A stretch of DNA of 63,746 bases, filler included, from Octopus bimaculoides (GCF_001194135.2; 6 parts of 5 records of this genome joined end to end with filler, not necessarily neighbours in it); one strand, 5' to 3'; counted from the first letter of the whole stretch, positions 47,011-60,531 are shown. Made by a program: numbers and translations. Notes: a model not told the origin generated them from the sequence alone.

Positions 47011-47589
47011 AATGAGGACAAATATTNNNNNNNNNNNNNNNNNNNNNNNNNNNNNNNNNNNNNNNNNNNNNNNNNNNNNNNNNNNNNNNNNNNNNNNNNN
47101 NNNNNNNNNNNNNNNNNNNNNNNNNNNNNNNNNNNNNNNNNNNNNNNNNNNNNNNNNNNNNNNNNNNNNNNNNNNNNNNNNNNNNNNNNNNNNNNNNNNN
47201 NNNNNNNNNNNNNNNNNNNNNNNNNNNNNNNNNNNNNNNNNNNNNNNNNNNNNNNNNNNNNNNNNNNNNNNNNNNNNNNNNNNNNNNNNNNNNNNNNNNN
47301 NNNNNNNNNNNNNNNNNNNNNNNNNNNNNNNNNNNNNNNNNNNNNNNNNNNNNNNNNNNNNNNNNNNNNNNNNNNNNNNNNNNNNNNNNNNNNNNNNNNN
47401 NNNNNNNNNTTTTTTTTTTTTTTTTTTGAAAATTCATATTCATTTCATTTGTTTGTTTAAGAACCGAGAAATTTGATAAAATTTAAATTTCAATTATTAT
47501 GTCTATGCCATATTTCCTTCTGGTTCTCCATGGTGGCAAGTGTATACTTCCAAAGTGAACCATATCATGTGTTGGGTGACACTCTACTA

Positions 47590-48071
47590 CAGTGGTTCTC
47601 AACTGTGGCACTCAAACATCCCTCCAGTGGCCCTCAAGCATCCCTCCAGTGGCCCCCAAGCATCTTTTCAGTGGCCCTCAAGCGTCCTTCCTATGGCCCT
47701 CAAGTATCTTTTCAGTGGCCCTCAAGCGTCCTTCCTGTGGCCCTCAAGCATCCTTCCTGTGGCCCTCAAGCATCCTTCCAGTTGTCCTCAAGCGTCCTTC
47801 CTGTGGCCCTCAAGCATCCTTCCTGTGGCCCTCAAGCATCCTTTCTGTGGGCCTCAAGCATCTTTTCAGTGGCCCTCAAGCGTCCTTCCTGTGGCCCTCA
47901 AGCGTTCTTCCTGTGGTCCTCAAGCATCCTTTCTGTGGCCCTCAAGCATCTTTTCAGTGGCCCTCAAGCGTCCTTCCTGTGGCCCTCAAGCATCCTTCCT
48001 GTGTCCCTCAAGCGTCTTTTCAGTGGCCCTCAAGCATCTTTCCAATGGCTCTCAAGTATCCTTCCTGTGAC
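47590..48071. repeat. 22-bp minisatellite, about 21 units (gtggccctcaagcatccttcct and variants)
   Basis: Directly visible. All three + frames are open and give a 22-aa (66-nt) periodicity. Confidence 0.95.
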
Positions 48072-48384
48072 CTTCTGGTTTTTTGTTTTACTGTCTGTAA
48101 TTTAATTGGCCCTGAGTTATGCCAGTGACCCCTTTCAGTTGTTTCCCTAAACTCTTTAAGTATGTGTGTGTGTGTACATGAGTAAAGTGGTTTATATTAA
48201 GAAAGGACCTCAGCCATGGTACCAAGCCAAGAACCTATCTAGATCAACAGCAACCCAAAATATGGACTGACTCCAACGGTGGTAACCCATCCAACCCATG
48301 CCAGCAAGGGAAATGACTGTAAAATGATGATAATGGTGATGATAATTGTATGTGTATGTGTATGTGTGTGTGTCGTTGTCATCA

Positions 48385-48626
48385 TCATCATTATCATCAT
48401 CATTGTTTAATGTTCACTTTCCATGCTGGAATGGGTTGGAGGGTTTGACTGAGAACTGGTGAGCTGGGAGGCTGTACCAGGCTCCAATCTGATTTGGCAA
48501 GACTTCTACAGCTGAATGCCCCTCCTAATGCCAACCGCTCCAAGAGTGTAGAGGGTGCTTTTTAGGTGCTACTGGTATGGGAGCTAGTCAGGCGGCTCTG
48601 GCATTGGCCGTGCTCAATGGTGCTTT
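48385..48626 (-). mobile_element. SINE family C
   Basis: (cat)n-tgtttaatgttcactttccatgctgg...gaatgcccctcctaatgccaacc. Confidence 0.75.
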
Positions 48627-48801
48627 TTACAGAAGTGGCTGTGTGTAAGTAGCTTGCTTACCAACCACATGGTTCCAGGTTTAGTTCCACTGTGTGGCAC
48701 TTTGAGCAAGTGTCTTCTACTATAGCCTTGGGCCGACCAAAGCCTTGCGAGTGGATTTGGTAGATGGAAACTGAAAGAAGCCCATCGTATATATGTATAT
48801 G

Positions 48802-48838
<37 letters not shown>

Positions 48839-50145
48839 TTGTGTGTCTGTGTTTGTCCCCCCAACATTGCTTAACAACTGATGCTGGTGTGTTTATGTCC
48901 CCGTAACTTAGCGGTTCGGTAAAAGAGACCGATAGAATAAGTACTAGGCTTACAAAGAATAAGTCCTGGGGTCAATTTGCTCGACTAAAGGTGGTGCTCC
49001 AGTATGGCTGCAGTCAAATGACTGAAACAANNNNNNNNNNNNNNNNNNNNNNNNNNNNNNNNNNNNNNNNNNNNNNNNNNNNNNNNNNNNNNNNNNNNNN
49101 NNNNNNNNNNNNNNNNNNNNNNNNNNNNNNNNNNNNNNNNNNNNNNNNNNNNNNNNNNNNNNNNNNNNNNNNNNNNNNNNNNNNNNNNNNNNNNNNNNNN
49201 NNNNNNNNNNNNNNNNNNNNNNNNNNNNNNNNNNNNNNNNNNNNNNNNNNNNNNNNNNNNNNNNNNNNNNNNNNNNNNNNNNNNNNNNNNNNNNNNNNNN
49301 NNNNNNNNNNNNNNNNNNNNNNNNNNNNNNNNNNNNNNNNNNNNNNNNNNNNNNNNNNNNNNNNNNNNNNNNNNNNNNNNNNNNNNNNNNNNNNNNNNNN
49401 NNNNNNNNNNNNNNNNNNNNNNNNNNNNNNNNNNNNNNNNNNNNNNNNNNNNNNNNNNNNNNNNNNNNNNNNNNNNNNNNNNNNNNNNNNNNNNNNNNNN
49501 NNNNNNNNNNNNNNNNNNNNNNNNNNNNNNNNNNNNNNNNNNNNNNNNNNNNNNNNNNNNNNNNNNNNNNNNNNNNNNNNNNNNNNNNNNNNNNNNNNNN
49601 NNNNNNNNNNNNNNNNNNNNNNNNNNNNNNNNNNNNNNNNNNNNNNNNNNNNNNNNNNNNNNNNNNNNNNNNNNNNNNNNNNNNNNNNNATATATATTGG
49701 TGCAGGAGTGGCTGTATGGTAAGAAGCTTGCTTCCCAACCACATAGTTGTGGGTTCAGACACACTGCGTGGCACATTGGGCAAGTGTCTTCTATTATAGC
49801 TTCGGGCCGATCAAAGCTGTATGAGTCGATTTGGTAGATGGAAACTGAAAGAAGCCTGTCATGTGTGTATATATATATGTGTGTGTGTGTGTATGTGTGT
49901 GTGTGTGTGTGTGTATTTGTATATATGTGTGTGTGTATGTGTCTGTGTTTGTTCTCCACCACTGCTTAACAATTGGTGTTGATGTGTTAACATCCCTGTA
50001 ACATTGCAGTTCAGCAAAAGAGACCAATAGAATAAGTACCAGACTTACAAAGAATAAGTCCTGGGGTTGATTTCTTCAATTAAAAACCCTTTAAGGAAGT
50101 GCTCCAGCATGGCCGCAGTCAAATGACTGAAACGAGTAAAAGAAT
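48627..50145 (+). mobile_element. Two SINE family A copies (48627-49030 and about 49698-50145) separated by a gap
   Basis: Both are collinear with 1928-2325. Confidence 0.88.
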
Positions 50146-50224
50146 ATATACATACACACACACACACACACACAGACACATACATACACACACACACATA
50201 TATATATAAATAAATGTGTGTAGT

Positions 50225-52130
50225 TTTCCCTTGTTAACATTTCTAGTTTTTATTCATCCATCAACCCAATAGTACTTAATAAGGCACTTTGGCTTGCTGA
50301 TAACAAAGCTGGTTTCACCAAGGAAGATATTAATGTTGTGTGGGCCACCAGAAAATCTATCATAAAGTTTGTGGGTCACACAAGATGGTTTTAATGTTAC
50401 AATGGGGAGTTTGGATTCAGCACAAGTAGCTGATTTAGTCTGTATGTATATATACTTTTTGAAATAGCAGAAGAGTTCCCAAACATTAATGGAGGTCTAT
50501 ATCACGATGATTGTTTATTTTACCTTCAAAATGTTTCTGACCAAAAAGTACAAAAAGTTAAGAATAGTTTAATTAAGTTTTTCCGTAGAATGGGCTTAAG
50601 CATCATTTTTGATGTTGATGTAACGAAGGCCACCTTGTTAGATATTAAACTTAACTTTCACAATAATTCGTACTTCTCATACCACAAACCATCGATCAAT
50701 CTTAAGTATATTAGCAAATTCAGTAATCATTCTAGGGCAATTATTAGGAACTTAGTTAAGATATTTCATTTAGATTGTCTAAGTTATCTGCTAATGTTGA
50801 CATTTTCAATGATAAGGCCGAATTTTATAACTCTGCCTTACTTAAAGCAGGTTATACAGAGAAAGTTACCTACATTAATTTCATTCAATTTTATTCTACT
50901 TTTACTAATAGAGATATAAAATCTAATTGTAAGGATATAAACAATATCAGTTTTAATTTATATGCCAACACGAAACAGAGGAAGAGAGATAACCCTTATT
51001 TAAGCCCTATTTTCGTTCTAAAGGTAAATCTATGTCTTTCAAAGATAGTTACTCTAAAAATAAGGTAACTAATAGTAAAACCATTTGGTTAATTATTCCT
51101 TATGGTAGACAAATTAAATCTAATCTTCCTTTGCAGTTTCATGAAGTTATTAGGAATTTTCCAAAGAATTCTAGGTATTACTCTATTATCAACTCACACA
51201 CAGTTAGCATCGGTTTCTCTAACACAAAAAATCTCTTACAAATTATCTCTTCACATAATATTAGCCTGTTAAATAGGGATACATTTACTAATACTAACAT
51301 TAATTTAGCTAATACCATCCATCCCCCTAGAAATATTAATAACAAGGTTATTGTGTCTGAAGTCAATTACAACAGAATCAAGTTTATGTCAAGTAACTCT
51401 AAAATTAAATATTCTATATACTAGTATAAAATTACTTCTGGTAATGAAGTATTTTTTTATATAGGCAGCTTTTCTTCTAAGTTATCTAAAAGAATTTCTA
51501 ATCATTACTCTACATTTAGGGATAGGAATAAATGTAACAGTACATGACTTAGTAAGTGAATTTGGTATCTAAAATACCACAATAAACAATTTAATTTAGA
51601 TTGTTGATTCTCAATTTCGTTCCCTTATGATAAAGGCAAGGAATTCTGTCTTCTCTGTAATTCTTAACAATTTTTTATTCTTTTTTCTAAAAATCCCCTT
51701 GTAAACGGTTATAGAGCATGCATACCGATGTAAACATTGACAGAAACACACCTTTAGTTCATATAAGTGATATCTATCATTATATATAATTTAAACATTA
51801 ATTTTCTTCTTACATTTCACATTCACTAGATATATCTTTTTCCAAGACTATAGGGTTTTATTTAATATACATATCGTTATATTCTTCTCATTTATTATTT
51901 TTTTCTTTCCTTTACCCCTCCTCTTTCTATAGGCTACCTTTGACACTATATCCTCTAACGTTTTTTTAAACAAACTTAATAGCGTTCAGTGAATCACTCT
52001 ACATATCCATCATTTTCTGTTAAAATGTCTTATTGACGAGTTTCATTTCTTCATTTCCCTCAAGAGAAGATTGCATTGTTTTACACCATTTTATTCTTTT
52101 GGAATAATACCAGTGATTTCTTCAAAACAT
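50225..52130 (+). mobile_element. 5'-truncated degraded Penelope-like element, same lineage as 17549-21366
   Basis: NISSFYSSIN, FNVTMGSLDSAQVADLV, LYHDD at 50497-50511, LLDIKLNF, YISKFSNHSRAII, IWLIIPYG, GIY-YIG remnant at about 51420-51700. Confidence 0.85.
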
Positions 52131-52409
52131 GTGTCAAATGTAAAAGAATTTGAATAACACCTGCGTTTAACTCCATCTATATATATATATATATATAAAT
52201 ATATATATATATATGTTGTGTGTGTGTGTGTGTGTGTGCATGTTGGCAAAAGTAGGTACACAGTAGCTTCATATGAGTAGAATGTTCTTTTCATTTCTCT
52301 ATTTATTTTTTTTACAATAAGTACAATAAGAATTCTATGATTCTATTTTCTTTTATTTCCAACACTATGCTCTAGTGGTTTGTGTGTACCTGAACAAAGA
52401 GTCGACAAA

Positions 52410-52500
52410 CAAACAGATTGGCTGATGAGGCCCAGTTGTTTGGCCACCAAGATCACCAGACCTCACATGTCCATGGACTTCATCTTTTGCGGTGTTTCAG
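52410..52500 (+). mobile_element. Short Tc1/mariner transposase remnant
   Basis: gattggc...ggcccagttgtttggccaccaagatcaccagacctcaca gives IG..GPVVWPPRSPDLT...DFIFCG, the motif around the third catalytic residue. Confidence 0.65.
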
Positions 52501-52704
52501 CACACACCAGTGACCTCTTCAGTAACTCTTCCATCCCATGTGTCTCCTCATTATTTCACATCTGAAATCTTGCAAAACAATTTCATAAACCTAAAATCTT
52601 AGAATTCTTATCCTAAAAAAGAAATAGAAAGATGAAAAGAATATTTTAAGCAATTATAAACCTCCTTTTGCCCTCTCCTGTGTATAGGGAATATTAAGAT
52701 AAGC

Positions 52705-53060
52705 ACATCATTATCATCATTTAACATCTGATTTCCATATTGGCATGGGTTAGATGGTTTGACTGGAACTGGTAAGTTGGAGAGCTGTACCAGGTTCCAG
52801 TCTGATTTTGGTTTGGTTTCTATGGTTGGATGCCTTTCCTAACACCAACCACTCCAAAAGTGTAATGGGTGCTTTTTACATGCCACCAGCATAGGTGCCT
52901 TTTACATAACACTGGCAATGGTCACAGCTATGGTTTCACTTGGTTTGATGAGTCTTCTTAAGCACAACATATCGCCAAAGGTCTCGGTCATTTGTCATTG
53001 CCTCTGTGAGGTCCAACATTTGAAATTCATGTTTCACCACCTTGTCCCTCACCTCCATGA
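52705..53060 (-). mobile_element. SINE family C, long copy
   Basis: (cat)n-tttaacatctgatttccatattggcatgggttag...ggatgcctttcctaacaccaacc. Confidence 0.75.
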
Positions 53061-53688
53061 GGCCCAAGTATGAATATTTAGTTCCTACTTACATTTTACC
53101 ACTGCAATTATTTTTTACTCAGTTTGGATGTTCCAGGAGTATTTGGATGCCACACAACAATGGAACATCAAGGGAGCACTTTATTGCATTCTGTTTCAGA
53201 GATCTCATATCAGTACCATTCCAAAAGCAGTGGTGCCAAGATGACGATTTCTGTAGAAACACAAAGAGATCCTTCAAATGTTTATTCAAGTCTAATGTCA
53301 TTTAATGAATTTCCTAAGGACTGAAACCAAAAATATGTTGCATGAAAGAAATTAATGAGCAATTAATAATCAATGAGGACTTATTAATGAGTACTTATTG
53401 AAAGAGTTGTCTTGTACAAAGAATAAAGAGTATTAAAACAGAAATAAAATGAGAAATTATTGTAATTTGTTGATTTTTACAACACATAAGATAGATAGGT
53501 TGAGAGATAAAGAGATAGATAAACAGATAGAGGGAAATAGCGGAAGAGGAAATAGAAAGATAGATAAATAGAGTGAGAGAGAGAGAAATGGATAGATAGA
53601 TAGATAGAGAGCGAGATGGCCGTACATATGTTTCTAATCGTGAGAAACAGGCATGTGCACACATGCTCTCACACACACACAGACACAT

Positions 53689-53755
<67 letters not shown>

Positions 53756-54177
53756 TTCTCTCTCTCTGTCTGTTCGTCTCTGTTTCTCTCTCATGCACAC
53801 CCACACACCTTCCTCCACCCTGAATGTCTGCCTTCAGCCTATATTCTTATGTATTATCTTCACAAATATGTTTCTCAGATACAAACAAATTGGCAACATT
53901 TCATGGTTTTATTATTCAATTATTTAATGAATAAAGACTGTTCTCCTTGCGTTCATTCATTAGTCGACAATTAAACATTGACATTTGCTGCTAATTTACA
54001 CAAACAAAATTATCTTTGCAAATAATAAATGTTTTCTTTTCTTCCTTTTCCTCTCTTTTCCTTCTCTCTTAACATAACGTTAATTGTTTAGTAAAAAGCT
54101 TTAATATTAAACAGAGAGGTTTCTCTTATCAAGAGTTTAAATGTTTCTATTTTGGGAAATACATAAATTGACAATGT

Positions 54178-54610
54178 TTCCATCATCATCACCATCACCA
54201 CCTCCACAATTGTTATTATCACCATCATCACCACCACCAACAACAACAACACCATCATTATAGCCATCATCATCATCATCATCAGTACTATTATCACCAC
54301 TACCACCATCGTCCTTATCACCATCATTATCATCATCATCATCTCCACGATTATTGTCATCATCACCAATGCTATCATCACTACCACCACTACCACCACC
54401 TCTTTCTCACCACCACCACTACCACCATCACCACCACCATCATCATTATCACCATAATCATCAGCATCATCATCAACATTACCACCTCCACATTTATTGT
54501 CATCATCATCATCACCATCAATATCATCACCACCACTACCACCATCCTTCCCCTCTTCCTCCTCCTTCTCCCCATCACCACCGTCATCATCGTTGTCATC
54601 ATTCTCATCT
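54178..54610. repeat. Compound (CAT/CAC/CCA)n array
   Basis: Directly visible. Confidence 0.95.
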
Positions 54611-54834
54611 TCATTGTCTGTGTGTCTATTTCTTTTTCTCTGTGCTTGTATGAGTGAAATGAAATTAGTTGAGGCAGATGTTTCTGTGACTGGATGCACT
54701 TCCTGTTGCCAACACTCGTTTCCAAGCAGCATAATATTTTGGCTCAACCTGGACTTATTTTCCACAGGAGATGGCAATCAAACAAATTACTGATGATGGG
54801 GATGTTTGTTAACAATCAGCATTTGATATCAAGG

Positions 54835-54880
<46 letters not shown>

Positions 54881-55471
54881 GATATATATATGATAGCCTT
54901 CCACAGAGTTTCCATTGACCAAATTCACTCACACAGTATCAGTTGGCCTGAAACTATAATAGCAGCCAAACACCCTGTCCAAGGTGCCATGTAGTGGGTT
55001 TGAACTGGAAACTTCATGACTGCAATACCAGTTTTGTAACTTTTCCGTCAAGTCTGCATCTGAGTTTTTTTGTTTTGTTTTTATTTACTTTATTATTATT
55101 TAAATACAGAAGAGTATATATATGTATTTGTATATATGTATATATGTATATGTGTGCATGCCAGTGTTTGTGTTTGTCCATCCCTCTTACCCCTAATTAT
55201 CAGTGTTGGTTTGTTTATGTTCCCGTAACTTAGCAGTTCAGCAAAAGGGAAAGATAGAGTTTAAAACTAAAATAAGTACAAAGGTCAATTTGATCCACTA
55301 AACAATTAGTTCCCAAACATTTTTTACCTAAGGACCCCTTTCAATACTATTTCATTCTAGTGCCCCACCCCNNNNNNNNNNNNNNNNNNNNNNNNNNNNN
55401 NNNNNNNNNNNNNNNTTAATTAATTAANNNNNNNNNNNNNNNNNNNNNNNNNNNNNNNNNNNNNNNNNNNN

Positions 55472-55585
55472 TATAACAAAAGACTGTTACTCGGAGTTTC
55501 ACGGTTCCGTTCATCGGACAGTTTTGTTACAAAAACTGTCCAATGAACGGGAACGTGAAACTCAGAGTAACAGTCTTTTGTTATA
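55472..55585. repeat. 114-bp near-perfect palindrome (fold-back mini-element)
   Basis: tataacaaaagactgttactc.gagtttcacg...ggacagtttt / aaaactgtcc...cgtgaaactc.gagtaacagtcttttgttata; arms about 55 bp with few mismatches. Confidence 0.9.
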
Positions 55586-55606
55586 TTTCTGCTGCTTTTA
55601 AATAAA

Positions 55607-55652
<46 letters not shown>

Positions 55653-56157
55653 ATATATATGTATGTATATATATATGCGTATAAATACATACATACGCAC
55701 ATACATATATGCATACCTGAATGCGTACATACGTGCATACAAACATAATATATATATATATCTCATAAACATCCGAAAAAGCAAGAACCTAGTCTTAATA
55801 CTGCGAATATTAGAGGCATGAGAAGATTATGTACACAGTGGTAGGCGGAGACAGGAAACTATAGAATTTTCAGAAAGACACACCGTAAACAGTACGAAAT
55901 GTTTCAATTTGAGAAGAGAACGCCATCATAGATTAACACGTCTGCATTTGGTCAAATAAAAATTCACCCCTTTCTCCGCCATGTTTCATAACTGGTTCTC
56001 GCACACAGATTATTTTAGCCGGCCCTTTTTTTAGTCTGTCTCTCTTTTCTCTCTCTCTCTCTCTCTTTCTCTGTCTATCTATCTATCTATCTATTTATCT
56101 CTTTCCTTTCTCTATCTCTGTATGTGTAATTCTACCGCCATGCACACATGTATAACG

Positions 56158-56188
<31 letters not shown>

Positions 56189-56915
56189 NNNNNNNNNNNN
56201 NNNNNNNNNNNNNNNNNNNNNNNNNNNNNNNNNNNNNNNNNNNNNNNNNNNNNNNNNNNNNNNNNNNNNNNNNNNNNNNNNNNNNNNNNNNNNNNNNNNN
56301 NNNNNNNNNNNNNNNNNNNNNNNNNNNNNNNNNNNNNNNNNNNNNNNNNNNNNNNNNNNNNNNNNNNNNNNNNNNNNNNNNNNNNNNNNNNNNNNNNNNN
56401 NNNNNNNNNNNNNNNNNNNNNNNNNNNNNNNNNNNNNNNNNNNNNNNNNNNNNNNNNNNNNNNNNNNNNNNNNNNNNNNNNNNNNNNNNNNNNNNNNNNN
56501 NNNNNNNNNNNNNNNNNNNNNNNNNNNNNNNNNNNNNNNNNNNNNNNNNNNNNNNNNNNNNNNNNNNNNNNNNNNNNNNNNNNNNNNNNNNNNNNNNNNN
56601 NNNNNNNNNNNNNNNNNNNNNNNNNNNNNNNNNNNNNNNNNNNNNNNNNNNNNNNNNNNNNNNNNNNNNNNNNNNNNNNNNNNNNNNNNNNNNNNNNNNN
56701 NNNNNNNNNNNNNNNNNNNNNNNNNNNNNNNNNNNNNNNNNNNNNNNNNNNNNNNNNNNNNNNNNNNNNNNNNNNNNNNNNNNNNNNNNNNNNNNNNNNN
56801 NNNNNNNNNNNNNNNNNNNNNNNNNNNNNNNNNNNNNNNNNNNNNNNNNNNNNNNNNNNNNNNNNNNNNNNNNNNNNNNNNNNNNNNNNNNNNNNNNNNN
56901 NNNNNNNNNNNNNNN

Positions 56916-56950
<35 letters not shown>

Positions 56951-57379
56951 TATATAAAAATATATATATTTATGTGTGTGTGTGTGTGTGTATATATATA
57001 TACACATATACATATAGACGCCTATAAGTATACATGTGTATATGTGTGTGTGTGAAAGTCTATATGTGGGTATAAAATTGTGCGTATATAATCTTGTGTA
57101 TCTGAATATATATAAATGTGTATCAAAGTATATGTTTAGATGTGCGAGTTTAAAGAAATTAGTCCAAACAGGAAATAACACCCACAATATTGCACTTAAT
57201 ATACGACTTGGAACCATTCTGATTAAAAGTCTTGTCAGAGAACAAGAAGAATTTCCGTTGAGTATATATATACATATATACATATATACATATTTATTAT
57301 ATGCTGATATATGCATATATATACATATAACATAGCTATATTTATACATATATATATATACGTTCGTATCCATATAGAG

Positions 57380-57429
<50 letters not shown>

Positions 57430-57538
57430 GCACACAAATACGTGCATACACGTACACACACTCATAGATATATAGACATATATATACATACACTTAAGTA
57501 CAGGCACACACAAATGTACAGATATATATTGCATTTAC

Positions 57539-57608
<70 letters not shown>

Positions 57609-57707
57609 GTGTATATATATATATATATACCTCAGTATCTCTCATTCTTTATCTATCTATCTCTTTATATATATGTGTACATATATATATGTACATACAT
57701 ACGTATA

Positions 57708-57755
<48 letters not shown>

Positions 57756-58631
57756 NNNNNNNNNNNNNNNNNNNNNNNNNNNNNNNNNNNNNNNNNNNNT
57801 TAATTAATTAANNNNNNNNNNNNNNNNNNNNNNNNNNNNNNNNNNNNNNNNNNNNGATGGATGGATGGATGGATGGATGGATGGATGGATGGATGGATGG
57901 ATGGATGGATGGATGGATGGATTAACCTGCAAATGGTTGGATAGGAAGACACAGTAACAGTGACATACAGTTAACTGGGTAAGAGAGAGGGGGGAGATAT
58001 AGCAGGCTGGATGGATAGAAGGATGGATTTCAGATAGGCAGGAAGACAGCTGGAAAGAGAAACGAGTAGGTTAAATATACAGGCAGATAGCCAGGTAAAT
58101 ATTATGACTAACAAGCAGATAGCCAGGTAAATACTATGACCCAAACAGTCAGGCACAGGCTGTCTGTCAGACATTCAGAACAGATTCTTCAGACAGAACG
58201 GCCATCAGCTCTCGTTCTCTTTCGGACGAACGCTTTCCATTCACTTCTCTTACATTCCGTTAGCCTGCAATAGCAGACGACAGAGAAATAATCCGAGCAG
58301 GGGGATTCATAAATTTGCATCTATGAATTTATAACTAATACTCCGATTGCTACTAAATACAACCACTACTAATACAATCGATAGTGTTATGTTGGTGTTG
58401 TTGGTGTTACAGCCCTTATTTTTACTGTTATAATCCTTGTCATTACTGCCTTCCTTGCAACTGTTATTTTTTGTTATTATTATTGTTGCGAATTTCTTAC
58501 TCGGGCGGACATTTTTCTTTCTTTTTTTTTTCTTTTTTTCATTTCTGTTCTCCTTCTGTCATTCAGAAGCAGACGACACTCTAATAACTCTACTGGATTA
58601 CTAATTGCATCATAATTCCCATCATCATCAC

Positions 58632-58679
<48 letters not shown>

Positions 58680-58684
<5 letters not shown>

Positions 58685-59095
58685 GCCGAGGTCGACACTG
58701 TACATCCGAGGCTCAAATTCCGCCAAGGTCGACATTGCCTTTCTTACTTTCGGCGGTGGCGGTGGGGCGCCAAAATAAGTACCAGTTGAACACTGGATTT
58801 GATGAAATCGATTTACCCCTCCCCACAAATTCCAGGCCTTGTGCTCATTGTAGAACGTATTATTATTATTATTATTAAAGGCAGCGGGCTGGCAAAATCG
58901 TTAGCACGCTGAACGAAATGCTTAGCGGTGTTTCGTCTGCCGCTACGTTCTGAGTTCAAATTCCGCCGAGGTCGACTTTACCTTTCATCCTTTCGGGGTC
59001 GATAAGTTAAGTACCAGTTGGGTACTGGGGTCGATCTAATCGCCTGCCCCCCCCTCAAAAAAAATTTCGGAACTTGTGCCTAGAGTAGAAAAGAT
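58680..59095 (+). mobile_element. Two tandem SINE family B copies (the first 5'-truncated)
   Basis: aaattccgcc.aggtcgac.ttgcctttc...aataagtaccagttg in both; the second has the full head ggcagcgggctggcaaaatcgttagcacg. Confidence 0.85.
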
Positions 59096-59269
59096 TATTA
59101 TCATTATTATTGTTATTATTATTATTATTGAGTGAGAGAGGAGTGTAAGCCAACAAAGTGACACTGGGGAACAAATATACGAAGCCTAATATTACCCATC
59201 ATGACTACCCGACTGATAAGGGTACACCAGGCACTATCGTCTGTACTACTACTACTATTACTTTTACTA

Positions 59270-59458
59270 CTAACAATAATCGTGTTACCCTTGCTGCTGT
59301 AATTGCTGTTCTCGATGTTGCAGCAATTGTTGTTGTTGATAATGGTATTGCTGCAGTTGCTCTTTTTGTTGTTGTACAATTCTTCGCAGGACGGACTACC
59401 TACCCAACGGTCTCTTTTCCTTCAAGTCTTTCAAAGCAACAACTATTGCCTTTGTCAT

Positions 59459-59490
<32 letters not shown>

Positions 59491-60030
59491 CTATTGCTTT
59501 GTTGTAGTGGTTCTGGCGATAATAGTTCTTGTTGTGATGGTGATGAAGGTGCTAGATGCGGTTCTTGACAGAGCGGTTGCTTCTAAAATAATGATAACTA
59601 GATGACACTGTATACAACAACAACAACTACGGCTACTACTACTATTACTATTACTACTACTACTACTGTTGTTGTTGCTGCTTCTGCTGGTGCCACTGCT
59701 GCGATTACTACGACGACGACGACGACGACGACTAACTACCTCTATTCGCGTTGCTGCCCCCCCGTTACTGCTGCTGCTGCTGTTGTTGCTGGTTTTGCTG
59801 CTGCTACTACCACTATTACAGCAACTATTAGTTCTACTGCTGCAGTGACTCGTGTTAATTCTTGCTGCCGATGCTGTTGTTGCTGGTGTTGTTCATGTTA
59901 CAGTTCTTCTACATGTTGTTATTGTCTCCTACTGGACAGAAACATCTCTCATTTCTTCAATTGCATAACTGGATTAAGATTATCACACACCACCGGATTT
60001 AAGTTCATTAATTATTATCATCATTGTTAC

Positions 60031-60064
<34 letters not shown>

Positions 60065-60150
60065 ACTATTATTATTACTATTATTATTATCATTATTATT
60101 ATTATCACCATCATCATCATCTTCATCATCATTATTATTATTATTACTGC
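59270..60150. repeat. Compound trinucleotide arrays (GTT, ACT, GCT, ATT, CAT)
   Basis: Directly visible. Confidence 0.9.
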
Positions 60151-60481
60151 TTCAACAGTTTATATATACTTATAACAAAAACATACATACAAACACACAC
60201 ACACACGCACATATGTACACACAGTAATTACACTTCAATTAATTCATACCTGTTCATATTCATGTTGTGGTTGTTGATGTTGTCGCATTTGTTTGTTGGT
60301 TGTTGTTGTCAGCTGGACGTCAGCTGAACGGATTTTGTTTCAACCAGCGACATCTTGCGGTCAAAAGGTAAGTGGCCGTCATTCCATTAATTTTTGGACA
60401 AGAATTTAAGAGTATTTGTATAAGTGTGTTCACATGTGTGTATGCATGCATGTTTATATGTACGATGTATATGTGCGTTAA

Positions 60482-60531
<50 letters not shown>

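Noticed and set aside
47473-48128. Three overlapping 176-210 aa repetitive ORFs, or a CRISPR-like array
   Set aside because: A simple 22-bp tandem repeat with no unique spacers; the open frames follow from unit composition.
52020-52130. Expected hammerhead at the 3' end of the 50.2-52.1 kb PLE (ttgacgag...aaaacatgtgtc)
   Set aside because: Both core halves are mutated and the helices are unsupported; too degenerate to call.
53110-53324. Candidate exon (pyrimidine tract plus ag, ORF 53124-53324)
   Set aside because: No similarity that I can recognise to INPP5F or other proteins, and no convincing donor site.
58079-58140. 32-bp tandem duplication
   Set aside because: An ordinary local slippage duplication beside a (GGAT)n tract.
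58300-58330. Octamer motif ATTTGCAT within a ttcata...tatgaa inverted context
   Set aside because: A single 8-mer is expected by chance in 64 kb of AT-rich DNA; no supporting evidence.
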